A DNA stretch of 64,000 bases from NCBI GenBank assembly GCA_964521735.1, contig CAZFTO010000001.1:72442-136441 (forward strand), read 5' to 3'. The notes under the pieces are model-generated. The model was not told the DNA's origin, searched no databases, and saw only the letters and a list, made by a program, of their open reading frames with translations. Source of the DNA: an uncultured Oscillospiraceae bacterium (lineage in GTDB: Bacteria > Bacillota > Clostridia > Christensenellales > CAG-314). The translations under genes were made by a program, and so were the position numbers. Shown in pieces: positions 18,841 through 25,155 of the stretch (position 1 is the stretch's first letter; each line of letters begins with the position of its first letter).

Positions 18841-19194
18841 GCTATTTGTTTGTTTTGTCGAACAACACCGGGGGGGGGTGTTACGGAAAAATTAAAACGG
18901 AAACACTGTGTCGCAAAATTTCAACGACGTGTTGCAAAAAACATAAAAATGCGGTTTTTTTTGACGACAAAATTGCAAACTCGGTGTCAATTTTTATATA
19001 AAAATGTTGCAAACCCCACTCATAAATATGGCATAATTTACCCAAACAGTTCATTTTTGTTAAGGTTTTGCGCCAAAACGGCACCCTGCCACCGAATTAT
19101 CCATATGTGTCGCTGTTTTGTGCATTTTGTCCCCAAAAACCCTTGTTTTCACCGCTTTTTTAGGACTTTTTTCGTTTTTTTTGTCCAAAAACCA

Positions 19195-19223
19195 TTGACT
19201 TATGATTATTGGGGCGGTATTAT
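19195..19223 (+). promoter_or_regulatory. Near-consensus sigma-A promoter heading the long leader of the SipW/TasA-like locus
   Basis: TTGACT - 17 nt - TATTAT. A direct repeat TTGTCC(CC)AAAAACC occurs at 19127-19141 and 19181-19193, the latter abutting the -35. A G8 tract at 19235-19242 lies just downstream of the expected start site. Confidence 0.6.
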
Positions 19224-19924
19224 ATATAACACACGGGGGGGGAGTGCCTTTTTTTGCCTTCTTTTTTCGTTTCAAACGTAGGCAAAGTTTTTTGCTTTGC
19301 GTGCAGTTTGCAAAGGATATTCCGTGGCCTGTTTGTCTTGTCAATTTTGTTGCAAGTCGGCAGCCAAACGTTCCCGATCGCCAATGTCCGTCTAGCGCGT
19401 CCCGAGCGAATAATTTTTTTGTCCGCCGAGGCGCGTTAAATTTATTCAGGTATTAAATGATTGCCCAATCAATCAAAGAATAATTTGCCACAATCCGTCG
19501 CACTTTCAAAAAGGCCTTGCTAAAAAGTGCCGTGCAAGTTGTTGCAAAAGCGCAAAGCCTTGTCGCTGTTTTTGGCTTTTTCGAATTTGGCTGTGCAGCA
19601 ATGCAAAAGGGCAACGCAAAAGAATATTCAAAAGCCGTTCGTCAATATATTTGAAGGACATTCCTAAAAAATTTAGTCATCGTCTTGTTCAAGCAACAAT
19701 AGTGCGCTTCAAACAAAATTTGTGCTTGAAGGAGCAAGACGAAAAACCCGTTGCAATTTGTCGGCAACAGTTGGCGGTTGCACGTGGATATATTATGTAC
19801 GCACGCGTGCACGCGTGTATGCGCATTGGGCACTGCACTTGGTGCGCAAACAATCAAAGGCTTTACCGATGCCGCATTGTGGCATCGAAACTAAAAAAAT
19901 CAAAAGCAAAGGAGGACTATTGGA

Positions 19925-20686
19925 ATGGATGAATTACTCAAAGTAGTAGTTGTTGTGTTCATGTTTTTCATGTGCATCATTTGTCTGTTCGCAGTGGTTG
20001 TTATCGTGCGAGATATCGTTCACGAAAGCGCCAAAAGTCGTCGTGGTCGCAAGGACGAAGAAGATTCGCCTGCAGCACCCGCACCTCATGTGGCTGCGCC
20101 CGTAGTTTTGCCGGCGGAAGCTCCGCAACCGGTTGTTGTTCAGCCTGCGGTTATCGAACCGCTCCCCGTTGAAGAACCCGTGATTGCGCCTGTTCCTGCT
20201 GTAGAGGTGGAAATTGCCGCCGCCGTTGCCGAAGAAGATCCCGATGCCGTTTCGTTCAGCCGTGGCTCGCTTACCATGGAAGAAAAGTATGGCACGCTGT
20301 CTACGGAATTCAAACGCTATTTCGACGACATTGTGAGGCATGCAACTTCCAAGTCGGGCGTGAAAGAACTTAAACGTGGCACTTCCTACGACTACAAAAT
20401 TGGTGCATATCGTGTTGTTCGTCTTATGATCAAACGTAGCGAAATCGTTTGCGAATTCACCTTTATCGATCGTGAATTCAACAGCTATGCAAACGAATCC
20501 AACGTTCGCATCAAGCAAGCTGCAACAACTGTTCGTGTTAGCGAAGCATCTGCCGTTGGCGTTGTCAAAGACGGTATCGACCTTGTTTGTCAGCAAATTG
20601 CCGAAGATAAGGAACGCAAGGAACAAATTGCTCGCGAAAAACGCAAAGAACGCCGCAGACTTGCCAAAGAACAAGAACAAAAGTAA
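19925..20686 (+). CDS. Membrane-anchored protein of unknown function; first gene of the locus
   Basis: aaggagg RBS. N-terminal TM: VVVVVFMFFMCIICLFAVVVIV. Then an RRGRK stretch, ~70 aa of P/V/A/E-rich linker, a ~130-aa globular part (SLTMEEKYGTLSTEFKRYFDDIVRHA...), and the tail EDKERKEQIAREKRKERRRLAKEQEQK. Confidence 0.7.
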   Translation: MDELLKVVVVVFMFFMCIICLFAVVVIVRDIVHESAKSRRGRKDEEDSPAAPAPHVAAPVVLPAEAPQPVVVQPAVIEPLPVEEPVIAPVPAVEVEIAAAVAEEDPDAVSFSRGSLTMEEKYGTLSTEFKRYFDDIVRHATSKSGVKELKRGTSYDYKIGAYRVVRLMIKRSEIVCEFTFIDREFNSYANESNVRIKQAATTVRVSEASAVGVVKDGIDLVCQQIAEDKERKEQIAREKRKERRRLAKEQEQK

Positions 20687-20716
20687 CGCAAAAACTAAAT
20701 TTGCAAAAGGTGCAAA

Positions 20717-21484
20717 ATGACAAAACAACCCAACGTCGGCTCGGCCGCAAACGGCAAACAAGCAGTCAGCAAAATTTTGCACGTGCTGGGCATTGTGCTG
20801 TGCGTGTTGTTGTTGGCAGTGTTGCTGTTCAACTGCATTCTTATCGTCGACGGAATGATTCACCCAAATCAAGTGCCGTCCATTGGCAACTATTCCCCGC
20901 TAATCGTGCTCACAAAATCCATGCATCCGCAAATCAAAGCCGGCGACCTTATCGTTTGTCGCCACGTAAGCAGTGAGGATGCAAAAAACCTTGCGGTTGG
21001 CACGGTAATTTCCTTCTACGACCCCGACGAAAGCAGTTCCGAAGTTGTTACGCACCAAATAATAAAAGTGCTAACGGACGAGCAAGGCAACGTATTCTAT
21101 GTAACAAAGGGCATCAACAACAACATTCAAGATATGTTGCCAGTTCCCTCCCAAAACGTCATCGGTGTCTATTCCGGTGTTCGCTTTGCGTTTGTGGGCA
21201 GTGTGGTTATGTTTGCTCAATCACCCGTTGGCTTGGCGTTGTTCATTGCTGTTCCCGTGCTTATTTTCGTTGCGTTTGTCGTGTTCGACCGCAAAAAGGC
21301 GGCGAAAGTTCAAAACAATCAGGAACTCACGCAAAGTTTGCAAGAAGTCGAACGCCTTCGCGCCGAAGTGGAATCGTTGCGTTCACAGCAAACTTCCGCT
21401 ACCGATGTCGAAACTGTTCAAAACGAAAAGGATGCACAACCAGCCGAACAATCTCAAACGTCCTTTGGCGACAAGCAAAACTAG
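20717..21484 (+). CDS. sipW: SipW-type (S26B, archaeal/ER-type) signal peptidase I, copy 1, with a long C-terminal tail
   Basis: N-terminal TM, Ser box VLTKSMHPQIKAGDLIV, His box VVTHQIIKV, box E-like YVTKGINNNIQDMLPV, C-terminal TM LALFIAVPVLIFVAFVVF, then a ~65-aa Q/E-rich coiled-coil-like tail. Confidence 0.85.
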   Translation: MTKQPNVGSAANGKQAVSKILHVLGIVLCVLLLAVLLFNCILIVDGMIHPNQVPSIGNYSPLIVLTKSMHPQIKAGDLIVCRHVSSEDAKNLAVGTVISFYDPDESSSEVVTHQIIKVLTDEQGNVFYVTKGINNNIQDMLPVPSQNVIGVYSGVRFAFVGSVVMFAQSPVGLALFIAVPVLIFVAFVVFDRKKAAKVQNNQELTQSLQEVERLRAEVESLRSQQTSATDVETVQNEKDAQPAEQSQTSFGDKQN

Positions 21485-21613
21485 TTTTTGCAACTAGCAA
21501 AGCATATCCATCCGAATTTGTTCGAGGTATGAAATACAATTTGCGCCCCTTGGGGCGTTGGCGAAGGCCCTTCGCCTGCAAAAGGGGCAAATTATTTATA
21601 AGGAGAAAAAACA

Positions 21614-22336
21614 ATGAAAGAAAACAACAAGAGAGTTTATAAGCTCTCCGCAATTTTGTTGGTTCTTTGCCTTATCACCGCGTGCGTAATCGGCACCACC
21701 TTGGCAAAGTATACAACAGGCGGCAACGGCACAGACAGTGCACAAGTTGCTAAGTGGGGCGTAAAAGTGGAAATCCAAGGCGATGACACTTTGTTCTCCA
21801 ACGAATACGAAAACGATGCTGATCCCGCTGTGAAAACAGTTATTTCTTCCAATACAAACATCGACGTTGTCGCTCCCGGAGCAGCTAGCACAAGCGCATT
21901 GAAGTTCGCTATCAGCGGCACCCCCGAAGTTTCCGCCAGAATCGAGTTCAACTTTACTGCAACTAAAGACGTGTTCCTTAAAGCAGCAACACACACCGAT
22001 CCTATCGAAGGAAAAACTGTAACAGTTGCAGCTGATTATCACCCCATTGTGTTCACGCTCAAACAAACCAAGAATGCAACCGGCGCAATCGATACCACAC
22101 TTGCAACCGGCACTTTGGAAGAAATCAAAACTGCAATCAACGCATTGAACACAAATTGCAATCCTAACACCAACCTTCAAGCAGAATACGAACTTACTTG
22201 GGCTTGGGCGTTCGATGGAAACGACTCCTACGACACGTTGCTTGGTAACTTCATTGCCGATCCCGCTGCTGATGGTGACAACGTTAGCACGGCTTTGGAA
22301 TATTCTCTTTCCATCACCGTAACGCAAATCGACTAA
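21614..22336 (+). CDS. TasA/camelysin-like secreted protein with a SipW-cognate-type signal peptide (candidate major subunit)
   Basis: N-terminus: MKENNKRVYKLSAILLVLCLITACVIGTTLA|KYTTGG..AQVAKWGVKVE. Blocks VVAPGAASTSALKFAISG, YELTWAWAFDGNDSYDTLLG and C-terminal YSLSITVTQID parallel TasA blocks as I recall them (GGGTWA|AFND, NLKPGD, IKLQFSFEATQ). Confidence 0.75.
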   Translation: MKENNKRVYKLSAILLVLCLITACVIGTTLAKYTTGGNGTDSAQVAKWGVKVEIQGDDTLFSNEYENDADPAVKTVISSNTNIDVVAPGAASTSALKFAISGTPEVSARIEFNFTATKDVFLKAATHTDPIEGKTVTVAADYHPIVFTLKQTKNATGAIDTTLATGTLEEIKTAINALNTNCNPNTNLQAEYELTWAWAFDGNDSYDTLLGNFIADPAADGDNVSTALEYSLSITVTQID

Positions 22337-22393
22337 TTTCAGTCTTCGCTTAACTTGGTCAAGCAAAAAAAATCACAAAGGAGGTAGAGCAAG

Positions 22394-23272
22394 ATGTCAA
22401 ACGACCGCAAAAAGTCCGAACGCCGTCAGTGGGTTTGGATAATGCTCATGGTAGATATCGTGTTCGTTTTGTTGCTTATGACGCTGGGCATCATTGCTCT
22501 GCAAGTAGGCAACGGTTTGCCGGATAACACCGACGTGCTGTTTATTGTTGGCAAAAACTATTCCGTCGACGTCGACGACGAAAGCGGAAAAACGTGGAGT
22601 TCCAACAACAACATTCAAATTTTCCAAGCAAGCTACGTCAACGATCAAGGCGTTGCAACGGTAAAATCCAGCAACGGACAATCGGTGTTTGCGCCCGGCA
22701 CAACCACAACCTATTCTTTTGCAATGCATAACAATGGCAACGCGGCAGTTATCTACCAAACAAACGTAAGTTTTGTTCTTTCGATAAACAACTCCGTTGC
22801 CACAAGCGAAAGTTTTCAATCGTTACCAATACTAGCGCGTTTGTACTATTCCAACGCTAACGGAGAAACAATCTATCTCATCGGCGACGAAGCCGTCGGT
22901 GTTCCTCTTAGCCAAGCGCTTGCAAGCAACGTGCAACTGGGCACGTTGGGCGCCAGTTCCTACCAAAAATTCAATTTGGAACTAACTTGGCCCTTCGAAG
23001 GGAACGACGACGTCGACACGTTGCTGGGCGACCTTGCTGCCAACAGGGATAACGGCGGTGTGGCCATCACAATGAAAGTCAGCACCTATGCCGAAGCACA
23101 TCCCAACACAACCGCAGAAGGCGGCATAAAAGTAGATCTCGATAGCACCGGTGGCACCGTCGAGCAAGGCGGCACAATACGTTGGTTGTGGCTGGTTTTG
23201 CTTATGCTAAACGCCGCAGTTATCATCTTCTACGTGGCATGGCTTCTCAACAAGCGTGCAAACAAATTTTAA
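22394..23272 (+). CDS. TasA-like paralog with an N-terminal signal-anchor and a C-terminal TM anchor
   Basis: SVFAPGTTTTYSFAMHNNGNAAVIYQ (cf. TasA KDFQFENNGSLAIKEV), LELTWPFEGNDDVDTLLGDL, VAITMKVSTYAEA. N-terminal TM: WIMLMVDIVFVLLLMTLGIIAL. C-terminal TM: IRWLWLVLLMLNAAVIIFYVAWLL + NKRANKF. It lacks the KY junction. Confidence 0.7.
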   Translation: MSNDRKKSERRQWVWIMLMVDIVFVLLLMTLGIIALQVGNGLPDNTDVLFIVGKNYSVDVDDESGKTWSSNNNIQIFQASYVNDQGVATVKSSNGQSVFAPGTTTTYSFAMHNNGNAAVIYQTNVSFVLSINNSVATSESFQSLPILARLYYSNANGETIYLIGDEAVGVPLSQALASNVQLGTLGASSYQKFNLELTWPFEGNDDVDTLLGDLAANRDNGGVAITMKVSTYAEAHPNTTAEGGIKVDLDSTGGTVEQGGTIRWLWLVLLMLNAAVIIFYVAWLLNKRANKF

Positions 23273-23311
23273 CGTTTGCGTACAAGCGCAAAACTATCAA
23301 GGAGAAATATT

Positions 23312-24064
23312 ATGGAGAAATCTCGTAAAAACAGAAAAGTTATGGCTATTGTAGCCATGGTGCTTATGGTTTGTCTAATTTTGGCAATGGGCGCCGTAAC
23401 CTTTGCAAAATATATCACCAGCGGAACAACCGATAACCAAACGGCAACCGCCGCAAAATGGGGCTACGTTGTCACTGTGGATGCAAGCAATTTGTTCGCA
23501 AGCGACTACAGTGTTGAAGCTGGCGGAGCACTTGCCACCAAAGCCACCGGTGACGGCGTTGCAATCAATGCTGCAAATATGGTTGTTGCTCCCGGCTCTA
23601 CCGGTTCTATGACAATCACCATTTCCGGCTCTGCCGAAACACTTGCCAAATTGACTATTTCAAATGAGGGAGAAATTAACGAAATTCACTATGGCGACTA
23701 CTACCCCGTTAAGTGGACTTTGAAGAAAGGCACGGCCACCCTTGGTGTGCCAAATGCTAAACTTGAAGATATCATAACATCGTTAGCAAGCGAAAACACC
23801 AGTTTCGATGCAGGCAGCGCGGATCAAACAATAACCTACACTCTCACTTGGGAATGGGCTTTGGATGGTACGGAAGCGTACGCCAACGTGCGCGATACCA
23901 TCATTGGCTATAAAGCAAGTGGCAAAAACTTCAGCGACATCGAAGACGTCTTCGTTGCTGGCACAAAAATCGGCGATTTTAGTAACGTGACGGCCTTTGA
24001 CGAAATCATTTATTCGCTAAGCTTCGAACTTAACGTTTCCGTTGAACAAGCTCAAACAAAATAA
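23312..24064 (+). CDS. TasA/camelysin-like secreted protein, paralog of 21614-22336
   Basis: ATG at 23312 follows the aaggagaaa RBS. N-terminus: MEKSRKNRKVMAIVAMVLMVCLILAMGAVTFA|KYITSG..ATAAKWGYVVTVD. Blocks: VVAPGSTGSMTITISG, YYPVKWTLKK, YTLTWEWALDG, C-terminal YSLSFELNVSVEQ. Confidence 0.75.
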   Translation: MEKSRKNRKVMAIVAMVLMVCLILAMGAVTFAKYITSGTTDNQTATAAKWGYVVTVDASNLFASDYSVEAGGALATKATGDGVAINAANMVVAPGSTGSMTITISGSAETLAKLTISNEGEINEIHYGDYYPVKWTLKKGTATLGVPNAKLEDIITSLASENTSFDAGSADQTITYTLTWEWALDGTEAYANVRDTIIGYKASGKNFSDIEDVFVAGTKIGDFSNVTAFDEIIYSLSFELNVSVEQAQTK

Positions 24065-24123
24065 TTTTTCAAAAAAACTTGTTCAAAACAAGCGGCGCAA
24101 GTCGCAAATCAACAAAAATTGGT

Positions 24124-24151
24124 CACATTCCCACAACTAAGTGGGAATGTG
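24124..24151 (+). terminator. Strong hairpin after the third TasA-like gene (possible terminator/attenuator; no clean T-run)
   Basis: cacattcccac-aactaa-gtgggaatgtg has a perfect 11-bp stem, followed by ccttgttgg. Confidence 0.4.
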
Positions 24152-24340
24152 CCTTGTTGGTTAAAGAGACAAACAGCAAATCGTTGCCCAAAAGTTTGCA
24201 AGCTACGTGGGCAAAATTGAAAAAATCGGTTGCTAGTTTTTCGCTAAGAACAAAATTGTCGCGAATAGTTTCTACAACAAAATTTTGTTTTTATCCAAAG
24301 ACTATCACAAGTGGCAACGGTGGTTGCCAAAGGGGAAAAC

Positions 24341-25063
24341 ATGTCCGAAAAGGCAAAAAAAGTTGGCAATATCATTGTCAAAATATTTTGGGGTGCGGTG
24401 TGGACGCTGTTGGGCTTGCTTGCACTGTTGGTGCTGTGGCTGGCATTTGATAAGTTCATCCTTAAAAATCCCGTTCCGTCCGTTTTTGGATATTCTTCAC
24501 TTAACATTGCCACCGGCAGCATGAATGGCAACAGCGCACTTGTTGCAAACGGCAAGCCCAAGCAGGTTGGCGAAGGCGATCTTATTGTCATCAAAAACAC
24601 CGGCGACTACGAAATAGGCGACGTTGTAACCTTTTTGCTAGACGGTGACAGAATCCCTACAACCCATCGCATTGTTAGCAAAACGGAAGAAGGGTTCATC
24701 ACCAAGGGCGATGCCAACAACTCCGCGGATTTGCGCCCCGTGCCGCAAGATAAAATTCTTGGCGAAGTTGTGGGGCACTATCCCACGCTTGGCGCATTTT
24801 CCATGTGGCTAAAGGCCGAAGGCGGCTGGATCTACATTGTGGCGGCATTGGCCGTTTTGGCATTGGGCGGTTTTTTGATTAAGGAAGCCGGCGCAAGCCC
24901 GGAAACTGCGCAAGAATCCACCGAACAGGCCGAATCCACCGATCAATCGGCAACAGAATCGGCCACCGAACAACCCCAAACCGAGCAACCGGTCGGCGAG
25001 CAAGAGGCAACTTCCCTTGTCAGGCAAAACGCCGAGGCGGAAGATTCCTTGCAAAACAAATAG
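24341..25063 (+). CDS. sipW: SipW-type (S26B) signal peptidase I, copy 2, with an acidic low-complexity C-terminal tail
   Basis: ATG at 24341 follows the aagggga RBS. N-terminal TM, Ser box NIATGSMNG with an insertion before GEGDLIVI, His box IPTTHRIVSK, box E FITKGDANNSADLRPVP, C-terminal TM WIYIVAALAVLALGGFLI, then a ~60-aa E/Q/T/S-rich tail. Confidence 0.85.
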   Translation: MSEKAKKVGNIIVKIFWGAVWTLLGLLALLVLWLAFDKFILKNPVPSVFGYSSLNIATGSMNGNSALVANGKPKQVGEGDLIVIKNTGDYEIGDVVTFLLDGDRIPTTHRIVSKTEEGFITKGDANNSADLRPVPQDKILGEVVGHYPTLGAFSMWLKAEGGWIYIVAALAVLALGGFLIKEAGASPETAQESTEQAESTDQSATESATEQPQTEQPVGEQEATSLVRQNAEAEDSLQNK

Positions 25064-25155
25064 TTTCTCAAAACAAGCGGCATAAGCCTGTTTGTCACAA
25101 ACGCAAGGCAAGCGGCCTTGTTGCAAACTTTCAACAAAACCAACGGAGAACACAC

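Noticed and set aside
18820-19281. 153-aa + strand ORF in the long leader
   Set aside because: It has no RBS and an implausible composition (F/C/R/K-rich). It runs straight through the consensus promoter and the poly-G tract. The region is treated as non-coding leader.
15600-19900. Integrated prophage or genomic island at tRNA-Gln
   Set aside because: No integrase, recombinase, transposase or phage gene lies on either side of the tRNA. Only the att-like duplication is present, and it is reported as a repeat finding instead.
19934-20872. 312-aa minus-strand ORF spanning the first two locus genes
   Set aside because: It is antisense to two genes that have RBSs, TM segments and peptidase motifs. 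Its own translation is low-complexity (F/N/R/G-rich) with no recognisable features.
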